Part shown: in pieces, positions 52,793 through 64,000 of the stretch
Layout: every line of letters starts with the position of its first letter
How positions within the stretch are numbered: the stretch's first letter is position 1
Source: Octopus vulgaris
Lineage: Eukaryota
Direction: 5' to 3'
DNA: 64,000 bases
Assembly (NCBI GenBank): GCA_951406725.2
Contig: OX597838.1
Location: 4,030,001 to 4,094,000 of the forward strand
The notes under the pieces: generated by a model
What the model was told of the DNA's origin: nothing
Seen by the model: only the letters and a program-made list of their open reading frames with translations
The model's database searches: none
Translations under genes and position numbers: made by a program

Positions 52793-54865
52793 TTATTTTT
52801 TTTTAAAAAAAAAAACAAATTAATGAAATAAAAAAAAAACTAATAAACATTTCTTGGCCCTTTTTTTTTTCATTTTTATATTTATTTTGAAGGTATGTCT
52901 GCATGGTACCCTGTGCCAACAAAGTCCTTGAGTGAATTTGGTGGATGGAAACTGAAAGAAGCCCATCGTGTGTGTCTTTTTGCCACCCACCACCACCACC
53001 ACCACTTGACAACCAGTGTTGGTTTGTTTATGTCCCTGTAACTTGGTGATTCGGGAAAAGGGCCGAATAGAAAAAGTACTAGGATCGATTTTGTTTGACC
53101 AATCCTTTCGAGGCAGCAGTGCCCCAGCATGGCCACACTCCAGTGACTGAAACAAGTCAACAATAAAAGAGAACATTGATCTGCTATATTGCAAACCTTA
53201 CCAATTCTTCACCTCAACAGACCCCCTCCCCTTTGCCGCCTTTCCTTGCCTTCTTGTGCCAATGTTGAAAAAAGAAGAAATTGTTCCCCTTTAGTATTTG
53301 TTCTGCACTGTGTTAACATACACTCCCTTACAGTGATTAGTCCATCGGAGACCTGTAACCAATAATGATCAAGCTGTACAGATCTTCAGCTCAGAGCACT
53401 GTTCTCTGAAAACAGAAGAACCTGCTCATGAAATTCATGTGCAGGTGGCTGAGTACTCCACAGACACAGATACCCTTAACACAGAGCATGACATGGCTGG
53501 GCCCTTTGAATTACAGGTACAACTCATTTTTGCCAGCTGAGTGGACTGGAGCAACGTGAAATAAAGTGTCTTGCTCAAGGAGTCAATGTACCTATTTCTT
53601 TACTACCCACAAGGGGACAAACAAGGACACAAACAGATTAAGTCAATTGCATCGACCCCAGTGCGTAACTGGTACTTTATTTATCGACTCCCGAAAGGAT
53701 GAAAGGCAAAGTCGACCTCGGCGGGATTTGAACTCAGAACGTAGTGGCAGATGAAATACGGCTACGCATTTTGCCCGGCGTGCCAACGTTTCTGCCAGTA
53801 GGCTGCCTTTAGGGAGTCAATGTACCACCAGGAATTGAACTCATGTTCTTGTAATCACAGGCTAAATATCCTAACCACTAAGTCATGTGCCTTCACCATG
53901 TAGTTTTTAGTCTTCATCTTTTTCTTTTGTTTTTCCCCCCACTCCAAAGGTGTCCATCTATCTGAAAGCCATTTTTGAAGGTTGCTGGTTTTAATCTTTG
54001 TTCTGCGATGATTCTGTTGTGCTTTCATAAAAATTCAAAAAGACAAAAAAATAAAACAAATTGAAAAATTCAAAAAGTTACACAAAAAAAAACCCAAAGT
54101 TTTTGATAAAAGTAAATTTACTGAAAACGATGCTCAGTCATTTTAATCAAGAATTGGGTGGAAGGAATTGAAAAAGACGACTGACCATCAAACGACTTGA
54201 TTTGGAAAAGGAAAAAATATCAAAAATGACACTAGGTATCGTAATGAGTGGGAGGTGGGGGGCGGGGGGGGGCAGGGGTATGAAGAAGTGGGAACTGGCG
54301 TCCCTGGAGCCAAGGATGTCAAAGAGACAAGCCTGGCACCGAGGTAAGCACTTTAACCACAAATGATGTCTGGAATCAACTGTCAGTGCCAGATTGCTGG
54401 CAGAGTGAGGTGATAGGTTTGTCCTTTCACGTTTCACAAGTTTAGTCAGAAAGACATTCATAAAAAATATATGTATTTATGTAAAGTGAGAGAAATCCAC
54501 AGCGATTTCTATGTCTTTTTTTTGTCTTTTTTTGCAGTCTATTTATACTGATTTTTCTCTTTTTGTTTTTGTTTTGTTTGTTTATAAACTTTTGAGGAAA
54601 AATGATGAGAGACAAAAAATGTTTTAATGTTGGTTTAAAATCATAGATCAGGAAACCTCCTGATATTACCAATTCCATGAATTCCATGATGGCTAAGAAT
54701 GCACAAGACAAGTCTGATAATGACTCAGATCACACGACAAGTTTGAAAACTCAAGTGATACACACACAGCTACATGCACACAAACACACCCATATATACA
54801 CCAAATGTACCAACATACATACAAGTGGACCTCATGTCAGCTTCAGTGACAACTATTCCAGCTGT

Positions 54866-55164
54866 TTTACTGTGTCTGGGGAGAGTCATTTTCTTTTTGT
54901 GCCTTATTATGTAACACACTCACCGGTAAAATTTCCACTTTTTTCTTATTTTTAAAATAAAAAATTTTTAAATAAAAAGAAAAAAGTAGAAATTTCCCCT
55001 TTTATCTTATTTTTAAAATAAAAATAAGAAAAAAGTGGAAATTTTACCGGTGAGTGTGTTACATAATAAGGCACAAAAAGAAAATGGCTCTCCCCAGACA
55101 ATAAAATATGCTTCAACACACGAACTCATATAAAGAATCTTGCAAACCAAATCCAAAATCGAAA
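54866..55164. mobile_element. Fold-back insertion (~80-bp arms, 54873-55100) with direct-repeat TSD
   Basis: TATTCCAGCTGT at 54854-54865 and 55165-55176. Body shares gag.tcgtgtgttgaa.ca and aacacac...accg.ta with the Penelope-like repeat at 6618/9053. Confidence 0.7.
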
Positions 55165-55423
55165 TATTCCAGCTGTCTTATCAACAGAACTACCTATTCG
55201 CTGCATCATAACAAAGGTGGTTGAGTATCTCAGACACATGTACTCAATGTATAAATACTCAGTCAGGCTTGGTGTGACACAGTACGTGACAACACTGGCC
55301 CTTCACATTACAGCAACACTTCATCCAACACAGAGATTCTGTCTCATTATTTAATGCTGTAAGTGGCTGAATATTCCACACTCATATTCTTAGTGTAAGA
55401 CCTGGGCAGAATTAACAGGACAG

Positions 55424-55628
55424 CAATGGTTCTCAACAGGGATCCATATCAGATTCTATTGTTAACATTTACATGCAATAAACTGGTTATATTTTTACAA
55501 TACACAATATTTTAACATTTCTTTTTTTTATACAATACCCAATAATATCAAATTATAAAAATATAAGAGGATTTCTTTAAACATTGAATCAAGGGGTTCC
55601 ATAGATAGAAAATGGTTGAGAACAACTG
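55424..55628. mobile_element. hAT (Charlie-like) MITE
   Basis: Ends CAATGGTTCTCAAC / GTTGAGAACAACTG resemble CAGTGGTTCTCAAC TIRs. Confidence 0.55.
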
Positions 55629-56015
55629 CTGGAAGTTAATTCTACCTTTCAAATTTCAGACACAACTCAGTTCTATTGATCAGCCGGTCAGTTTTTGTCC
55701 ATACAAGGTTCAGGCCAACTCCCCAACAAGGCCACTCTAGTAACACTAAAAGCTATACCATGGAGATGGATTAAATTTGTGACCCCATGGTTGTTTAGTT
55801 AAACCTCTTAGCTATTTAACCATGCCTCCCAGGTACATACATACATACACACAGACAGACAAACACTCTGAAGAACGTAATGGTGGGTAACTAAAATCAA
55901 AGAAATGACGATGGAGAATGTTGGTTTCTGTAAAGAATTCCATGAAGAAGGGATCAATGTCACTGCCAAAATGGAGCAGGGGTTAGGGAAGAAGTGGTCC
56001 CTAAGATGAACAGAC

Positions 56016-56636
56016 TTATCGTTGCATTTGGTTGCCCCTGTGCCCACGTCCACGGAAACCACCACGCCCACCTCCTCGCATTCTGTTACCCATCACACCA
56101 CCACGGCTCCGACCAAGGTGCCCTCGGCTACTGACCAACATGCCCTTGTTGCCACCACCTCTCGGCTGCGACGAGCCTCGACTCGGATTGCCGCCTCGTC
56201 CGGAGACGCCCCCTCGTCCAGACACACCACCACGGCCGTCTTTGTTGCCCCTCTCCGAGCTGTTGTTGCCAGGCTTGTTCTTGGGAGGCGGGGACTTCGG
56301 CCGGAGCCGTTCGATTTCATCCGTGCAGCCAGTCAGGTGACCAAATACATCTTTGTTCACAATTTGTTTGTACATGTTGGCATTGAAGTTGCTGCTGGTC
56401 AACTCTGGCCCTATGGTCACCCAGCCTGGACGGATCGTGCTGTCCCTGCCAAATATGTGCAACCGCCTCTTGCCCAGACAGAAATGTTCTATAATATGAA
56501 AGATCTCAACGGGTTTGTCCTTGCTCGAGTACTCAGACTCCTCTTCGATGATCAGGTCGATGTCCACGTTGGCGTGAATGAAGTCGCCATCTGTGCTACG
56601 CTTCACCGTACCTTTTATACCCATCAGACAGTGCTC
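56016..56636 (-). CDS. METTL14: METTL14 last coding exon (MT-A70 C-terminus plus RGG tail)
   Basis: [30 protein letters not shown]...[32 protein letters not shown]...[19 protein letters not shown] followed by RGG repeats. Confidence 0.97.
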   Translation of the reverse strand, partial: EHCLMGIKGTVKRSTDGDFIHANVDIDLIIEEESEYSSKDKPVEIFHIIEHFCLGKRRLHIFGRDSTIRPGWVTIGPELTSSNFNANMYKQIVNKDVFGHLTGCTDEIERLRPKSPPPKNKPGNNSSERGNKDGRGGVSGRGGVSGRGGNPSRGSSQPRGGGNKGMLVSSRGHLGRSRGGVMGNRMRGGGRGGFRGRGHRGNQMQR

Positions 56637-56739
56637 CTGAAAAAGAGAGGAAGGATATAAACAACATCATCACCATCATCATCATCTCAACCACTATCAT
56701 ACACAAATACAGGGACACATATACAAGGCACTTCACACA

Positions 56740-57320
56740 CAGGGTGTCCCGAAAGTCACTGATGGGTTTCAGTTTTTAATAACTTCCTTAACTTTACAAA
56801 TATATACATTAAATTTTGATACAATATAATGGACAGAATGGAAATTAATATGCACAAGTCAAATTTTGCAACACCATTACATCATCATCATCATCGTTTA
56901 ATGTCTGTTTTCCATGCTAGCATGGGTTGGACGGTTCGATCGGGGTCTGGGCAGTGTTGGAGCCTGGTGCAGCCTCCTGGCTTCCCAGACCCCGGTCAAA
57001 CCGTCCAACCCATGCTAGCATAGAAAACGGACGTTAAATGATGATGATGATGATGATGTAGTGGTGCTGCAAAATTTGAAAAATGACATCGCTTTTCTGG
57101 GAATCATGAGATACCATTTTCAGCTTCCCCTGCCCATGCTCTTCCCAAAATGTGCACCATAGTACCCTCAAGAGTTTCAGACCCCACATCTCTAATTTCT
57201 CTATTGATGTCCTCCTTCAGTTGCACCAGGGTCTCCGGTTTGTTGACGTGATCTCTCTCTTTCAGGTATTCCCAAAAGAAAAAAAAATCTGGGGAACATG
57301 AAGGCCAGTTGACATTGCCG
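56740..57320 (-). mobile_element. Tc1/mariner superfamily relic in the METTL14 last intron
   Basis: TIR CAGGGTGTCCC at 56740. Transposase remnant WPSCSPD..FFWEYLKERDHVNKPETLVQLKEDINREIRD resembles WPPRSPDL..DFFLWGYLK..VY..KP. Confidence 0.7.
56859..57079. repeat. Inverted repeat, ~93-bp arms, 32-nt loop
   Basis: 56859-56951 versus 56984-57079. Differences are 8 transitions plus one extra CAT unit. Confidence 0.9.
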
Positions 57321-57946
57321 CAGCAACTGCACCGTTTCTCTTGCAGTACGAGCAGTTTTCCCCATCTTGCAGGAACCATGGGTGAGGCCTACTTTGAATG
57401 GACAGGTGCAAAATGGTTCAAACAAATCGGCCCCAGCACATATCTTTTCAAGCCTGGAACTTTTCCATCAGTCTCTTTTGCCAAAGCACTTTAATTACAG
57501 GGAAGTAAACAAACCAACTTTGGTTGTGAAATGGTGTTGGGGGGGTGAACAAAGTCAAAGACACACTCACTCACAAATATACGACAGGCTTCTTTCAGTT
57601 TCCATCTACCAAATCCCCTCACATGGCTTTACACAGCTAGGGGCTATAGAAGACACTTGCCAAAGGCACCATGCAGTGGGACTGAACCCAGAACCATGTG
57701 GTTGGCAAGCAAACTTCTTACCACACAACCACACCCTGCACCTAAATATATTTCTTTAACTTTTAACTCCAGGCTTTAGCCTTCTCTGAGTTAAAGGAGC
57801 CCCTAGTACTTAGCAACCCCTTAGTCATAACCCATATTGGCCCACACAAACACAGACATTGTGTACAAATAATAAAATATCCAAAACGAAAAAAAATCTC
57901 CAAAAAACACATCAAACAAAACCCCAAAGAGCAAATCCAAGTTTAC

Positions 57947-58063
57947 CTTGGTCCTCTGGAAAGTAGCGTTGGGTTGTAAGTTCTTGTTGTGTCCTGGGTT
58001 TTTTATATTCGTTTTAACCCAACAAATGTCTTCACATCTTCGAAACCCCCACCGTTTCAGGCA
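57947..58063 (-). CDS. METTL14: METTL14 coding exon
   Basis: [39 protein letters not shown], cag/GTAAAC boundaries. Confidence 0.95.
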
Positions 58064-58695
58064 CTGCAACAGACAAGAAACACATTGTTGATGGCATCAA
58101 AGACACACAGACACAGCTGTGGCAATTTATCAGTTCTTTAATTCTACATTGATACAGGAGTGCCAAAATGAAAGGCCTCTACAGAGGTCACTTGATATGC
58201 TGAGAATAACAAGCAGATCTCTTTCTCAAATACAGATATATATATATATATCTATTTCTTTATTACCCACGAGGGGCTAAACAAGGACAGACAAACGGAT
58301 TAAGTCGATTATATCGACCCCAGTGCGTAACTGGTACTTAATTTATCGATCCCGAAAGGATGAAAAGCAAAGTCGACCTCAGCGGAATTTGAACTCAGAA
58401 CGTAACAGCAGACGAAATACGGCTAAGCATTTCGCCCGGCATGCTAACCATTCTGCCAGCTCACAGCCTTATATACATATATATCATCATCATCACCACT
58501 ATCACCATCATTTAAATTTTCCCTCCCAGCTGGCATGGGTTGGACGGTTTAACAGGAGCCTGCCAGGTAGAAGACTACACCAGACTTCTGTGTTTGGACA
58601 ATGACCAATGAATGCTGACAAGCTCCAAAGCAAGGAATGGCCACCTTTGTCCATGACAGATGTCTTGTGTCTTGCTTCCTGTTGATGCTTGCTTG

Positions 58696-59136
58696 CCAGA
58701 TTTTCCAGTCTACAAGTCAAATTTTTCAGACCAAAATTTACAGCCAAGAAAGCTAAGTTGAATTAAAACACCAAGACAACTTTGGTGGACCAACACTTTA
58801 ACGTGAAATGCAGAAGGATTTGGAAAGAAAGCAAAAACTGTTTGAATGTTTACATTATGCACCACATCAACTTGTATACTGGAAGATATGGTAGATAAGG
58901 GTTGAGAGAATATGCATCTGAAAGAATATGCATTGTATATTCTGGTAGATGAGCCAAAATTTTTCAGACCAAAATTTACAGTCAAAAAAAGGAGGCTGAT
59001 TTGCACACCGAGATGAGTTTGGAGGACCAAAAATTCCATGTGGAATGCAGCAGAATTTGGAAAGATACAGACGAGGTTTGAATGCTTACACAACTGGCTT
59101 AATATACTATATTGACTTGTGAGCTGGAAAATATGG
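58696..59136. mobile_element. DNA-transposon MITE relic with 25-bp TIRs and an internal ~140-bp diverged direct repeat
   Basis: ccagattttccagtctacaagtcaa versus reverse complement ccatattttccagctcacaagtcaa. The block aaatttttcagaccaaaatttacag... occurs at about 58719 and 58957. Confidence 0.6.
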
Positions 59137-59390
59137 TTGTATGAAATGATTTTAATTTGCAGAGCTTAGGCACAACCTCCAAAATCGATGATGACCAGGT
59201 TAATGCTTAGCATCCTTTCAATAGACAAGCAGTTGGTACCATTCTGTGTATCTCCTGGAAGGACCTCCACGAGAACATTACAATCACGCCATTAGTTTAT
59301 TTTGTATAGAAGCAACCAGAAACCAATCCTTTTTCTTAGCACCCTACCACCAATGACACACATTTCTTAAATCATTATGAAAATACTTAC

Positions 59391-59483
59391 TGTTCTTCCT
59401 CGTTCCAAACCTTCGGCATTGCCACACCATATCCACAAAAATGACCGTTGGGCAGCCACTGCTGGAATGTCTAGGCGTTCAAT
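59391..59483 (-). CDS. METTL14: METTL14 coding exon
   Basis: IERLDIPAVAAQRSFLWIWCGNAEGLERGRT, cag/GTAAGT boundaries. Confidence 0.95.
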
Positions 59484-59756
59484 CTGATGCACACACACAC
59501 AAAAAAAGTAAAATTTAAGAGCAATATTCTTTAAGTACATAATCATGAATGTGTGTGTATGTAAGATGGGGGCGGAAAGGGTATAGATATATCGTTCATC
59601 TTTTACTGGTTTCAGTCATTAGACTGTGGCCATACTGGGGCACTGTCTTGAAGAATTTTTAGTTATTTTAGAATGTGGTCGGTGGGGTCAAACCCATTCC
59701 GTATCCATTCATTTTTTGCTTCAGCTTCATTCATAATTATATATATGTATATATAA

Positions 59757-60069
59757 TACAGTTCTATATTTAAAAGATGAAGAATTATTTACATTTGACA
59801 GATATTTGTCCTCATCTTGTTTGTTGTTAACACAATGTTTCGGCTGATATACCCTCCAGCCTTCATCAGGTGTCTTGGGGAAATTTCGAACCTGGGTTCT
59901 CATTCCTAAGGTATTTTTCAATGCTGTAGTTGTTGATATTATTACTATTATTATTATTATTATTATTCAGGTCACTGCCTCAAATTGAACTCGGAATCTT
60001 GGGATTAGTAGGCCGTGCTCTTAACCACTACGCCATATGCCATAATTCCTCATCTCTTAAACACAGAAC
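59757..60069 (-). mobile_element. tRNA-headed, hammerhead-bearing SINE-like element (HHR 59829-59874) with an inverted copy of its 3' end at the 5' side
   Basis: Minus strand: A-box TGGCGTAGTGG, B-box-like GAGTTCAATT, (AAT)n, then GACAC-CUGAUGA-A-GGCUG..CAGCC-GAAAC-AUU-GUGUU. 60042-60069 is an inverted copy of 59761-59788. Confidence 0.8.
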
Positions 60070-60121
60070 CAAAAATATTTAAATATTTAAAGAAAATGTA
60101 AAAGAAGTAAAAACCGTTCAC

Positions 60122-60260
60122 CTCGTCCCAGCTCCAGTATTTGTCGTGGACGACCCCATGAGATCTCTGGTATTCTTCCAAAGGTGGTTCGATCAATATG
60201 ACGTCAAATTTGCAGTCCAAGTCGTTGAAGTCAAATGTCTCCAAATCACAAGCGAGGTAC
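60122..60260 (-). CDS. METTL14: METTL14 coding exon containing the degenerate EPPL motif
   Basis: M-YLACDLETFDFNDLDCKFDVILIEPPLEEYQRSHGVVHDKYWSWDE. Confidence 0.95.
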
Positions 60261-60608
60261 CTAAACAGGGTGGAAACAGAAATGAAAAGGATGGGGGAAG
60301 GGTGAGCAAATGTGTGTGTGTGAGGGTGAGTGCGTGAGAGTGTGTGTGTGTTAGTGTATGTATGTATGTGTGCATGGGTGTATACATGAATGTGAGTGTA
60401 TATGTGTGTGTGAGGTGTGCACATGAATGTGTATGCTTGAGTGTGTGCGTGAGTGTGTGCATGAGTGTGTGTTTGAGTGAGTGTGTTTGTGTGTGCAATG
60501 GTCACACCCTGTAAAAAACTACAACAGGACAGGCAGTGGCCTGTCCTGTTGTAGTGGTTACCAACTACATCACAAACTGCCTCAAATACGAAACAAAACA
60601 CCACTTAC

Positions 60609-60699
60609 ATCGGAGGAGTGTTGGACTTCCCAATTAAACTGTCTTTAAGTCGGATCAGTTCCCGCAATTTCGGATATTCTTCAAATCTGTTGGCCAATC
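60609..60699 (-). CDS. METTL14: METTL14 coding exon
   Basis: [31 protein letters not shown], cag/GTAAGT boundaries. Confidence 0.95.
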
Positions 60700-61007
60700 C
60701 TGCAAAAAAGGAATTCCACAGAAGCTTAAATATCTACATATATATCTATCTATCTACATATATCTATCTATCTATATATATATATATATATATATACATA
60801 TCTACAGATATATCTATTTATCTATCTATATATAATAATAATAATAATAATTGTGTACAGTGCTCAGGTGCACTACAACTCATCTAAAGTCTATGTATAA
60901 TCAGGTGTAGTTTCGGTGTATATATATATACACACAAATATATAGCAAAGTGTTGTGGGGATCAATGTTATAAAGGTTAAAAAAAAAACTAGAGCCTTAA
61001 ATCTTAC

Positions 61008-61095
61008 CAACATCTCGGATGAAGTTCTGGGGTCGCTCACCAGTGTCGACAAAATGCTGGCAGTAATCATTGTGAGGGTTAGCACTTTGTGTCCC
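61008..61095 (-). CDS. METTL14: METTL14 coding exon
   Basis: [30 protein letters not shown], cag/GTAAGA boundaries. Confidence 0.95.
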
Positions 61096-62197
61096 CTGCA
61101 GAAAGGAAACAAAAAATAAAAATAAAATAATAAACAAACCACCCAGGAAGTATTTTATAATCACAAACGTTAACAAGGGTAGATGTGGATGCAGAGGTGG
61201 GTGTGTGGGAAAAGTATGCTTCCTAACTCTATCATTTTGTGTTCAATCCCACTGTGTGGATACCTTGGACCTTGGGCTAATATCAGTGGATTCAAGAGAC
61301 GGAAACTGAAAGAAGCCCATATCATCCTCATTTAACACCTGTTTTCCATGCTAGCATGGATTAGATGGTCTGGTGGTCACAGCTGGCAAGGACAGGGGCC
61401 ACACCAAGCTCCATTTTCAGTTCTGTCGTGGTTTCCATGGCTGGATGCCCTTCCTAATGCCAACCACTCCATAAAGTGTACAGAATAAATTTTTATATGG
61501 CACCAGTACAAATGCTTTTTATAGGATTCCTTTCTTTTTTTGTATATTTTTATATCCTATTTTGAGAAGAATTTTGTTATCACAAACATATTTGAACTAA
61601 TTTAAAAATATAAGGAAAAAAAACACTCAATTAGCTGCTCCGCCTTAACCCCAGACACACACACACACATATATATATACACACACACACACATACATAT
61701 ATATACACACACACACACACATATATACACACACACACATATATATACACACACACATATATATACACACACACACACATACATATACACACACACATAC
61801 ACACACACATACACACATATATATATATACACACACACACACATATATATACACACACACATATATATATATATCATCATCATCATCATCATTTAGCATG
61901 GTTAGGTAGCTTGCTTCCTAGCTACATGGTTTCGGGTTCAGTCCCACTGCGTGGCACTTTGGGTAGGTGTCTTCCACTATAGCCCCGAGCCGACCGGAGC
62001 TTTGTGATTGAATTCAGTAGGTGGAAGTTACTGCCGTGTGTGTATGTGTGCGTATAGCTGCTCAGTGCCTCTCCGAAAGAGAGAGAGAGGGATATACTGG
62101 ACATAACTATATTACAACTAAGATGACCACAAAAATTAATTTGACTTCTGTTTGTAAAAAAAATTTGTCTAAATTCCACAGCAGACATAGAACTTAC

Positions 62198-62263
62198 CTT
62201 CAGAAATGTACTGGAATCGGTGTAGATTTCTTCAGGCTCATATTCATCAATATCATCAAAAGT
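62198..62263 (-). CDS. METTL14: METTL14 coding exon
   Basis: TFDDIDEYEPEEIYTDSSTFLK joins GTQS..., cag/GTAAGT boundaries. Confidence 0.92.
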
Positions 62264-62726
62264 CTGAAGAAAAAAAAAGAAAAGAAAAGTTATACAAAGC
62301 TTATGGGTTTACAGACAATGATGGTGGTGGTGGTAGTAGTTGTGGTGATGGTGGGGATGACGGTAATGGTAGTAGTACTGGTGGTGGTGGTGCTGACAGC
62401 AGTTCTTATTTAGATATTTCATTAATAATTTAACAATTTGCCGATTGTCTAACGCCACACAAATAAATCTATGTAACACACCAACAACATATGCCTATGA
62501 AACACACAGTTCAAATGCATATTATCCATTGGTTAAACCATATCAACCTCCAAAAACTAAAAGTCTGGTAAAAAAAAAAGGGACGTTTAGAATGAACTTA
62601 CGAAAACGGTTTGGACAGACCAAAGATTACATATTTGGATATCTCATATCGTTATAAAATTTATTTAAATGTTTAATTATGCCACATCGTTTATAAATCT
62701 ATTTAAGTAGTTAATTATCTTCTCAC

Positions 62727-62814
62727 CTTGTTCTTGTTGTTGTCCAATGCCACAGAAGTTTCGCTGGATGTAGTGAGACGGGAAGGATAGTTCAAACTGC
62801 TGCTCCCACTGGCG
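62727..62814 (-). CDS. METTL14: Candidate METTL14 exon (poorly conserved linker); the 5' exons lie beyond the window
   Basis: Open in the required phase (ASGSSSLNYPSRLTTSSETSVALDNNKNK), donor AAG/GTGAGA, weaker AAG acceptor after a T-rich tract. No recognisable homology. Confidence 0.55.
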
Positions 62815-62881
62815 CTTCGGGAATAAAAATAATACATTAAGAATCCAGAAACACCAAAGATCTAAACAATATATGTACACA

Positions 62882-62925
<44 letters not shown>

Positions 62926-63137
62926 GCACGCACTGGGCATGGCTGTGTGGTTCGGGAGCTTGCTTCCTAGCTACATGGTTTCGGGTTCAGTCCCACTGCG
63001 TGGCACTTTGGGTAGGTGTCTTCCACTATAGCCCCGAGCCGACCGGAGCTTTGTGATTGAATTCGGTAGGTGGAAGTTACTGGCGTGTGTGTATAGCTGC
63101 TCAGTGCCTCTCCGAAAGAGAGAGAGAGAGAGGGATG

Positions 63138-63854
<717 letters not shown>

Positions 63855-64000
63855 TAATAAAAGGAATTCCAACCTTGTCTGATTTTCACGTTTTATTTAC
63901 AATCTTATAATGATATAAGATAATATAAGATAATATAATAAAATAAAATAAAATAATAGAATGTTAAATGTTCATCCTGATTGAATGAATTCTGCAATCT

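Larger units (their letters stand above)
61908..63136 (+). repeat. Near-identical ~185-bp direct duplication (61908-62093 and 62957-63136) flanking two METTL14 exons
   Basis: Both copies share SINE variants (cctagctacatggtttcggg, gggtaggtgtcttccac) and a unique tail tagctgctcagtgcctctccgaaaga. Confidence 0.85.

Noticed and set aside
56022-56660. 212-aa plus-strand ORF (and the 102-aa ORF at 56032-56340)
   Set aside because: Antisense shadow of the GC-rich METTL14 last exon, with no ATG start or recognisable domain.

Overview
Eukaryotic, AT-rich, microsatellite-saturated genomic DNA. Its repeat landscape resembles an octopod cephalopod (inferred, not database-checked). Almost all ORFs in the supplied track are translations of simple repeats. 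Four real genes can be read by hand: (1) an orphan rhodopsin-class GPCR with a single coding exon (15260-16390, +); (2) PSMD9/p27 (6 coding exons, 36813-45588, -, 192 aa); (3) SSR3/TRAP-gamma (5 exons, 46635-52792, +, 188 aa), head-to-head with PSMD9 and with a U12-type last intron; (4) the 3' part of METTL14 (7 firm exons plus 1 candidate, 56016-62814, -), convergent with SSR3. Intergenic and intronic DNA carries tRNA-derived SINEs, RTE and R4/Dong-like LINE relics, Tc1/mariner relics, MITEs and fold-back repeats. The most unusual signal is at least 10 type I, mostly minimal, hammerhead-ribozyme (HHR) motifs in Penelope-like repeats. They include (a) a tRNA-headed SINE-like element with an HHR in its 3' half instead of a LINE-like tail (two copies, one with a perfect 10-bp TSD), and (b) a family whose core reads GUGAACA, a natural compensatory swap of the C3-G8 tertiary pair.
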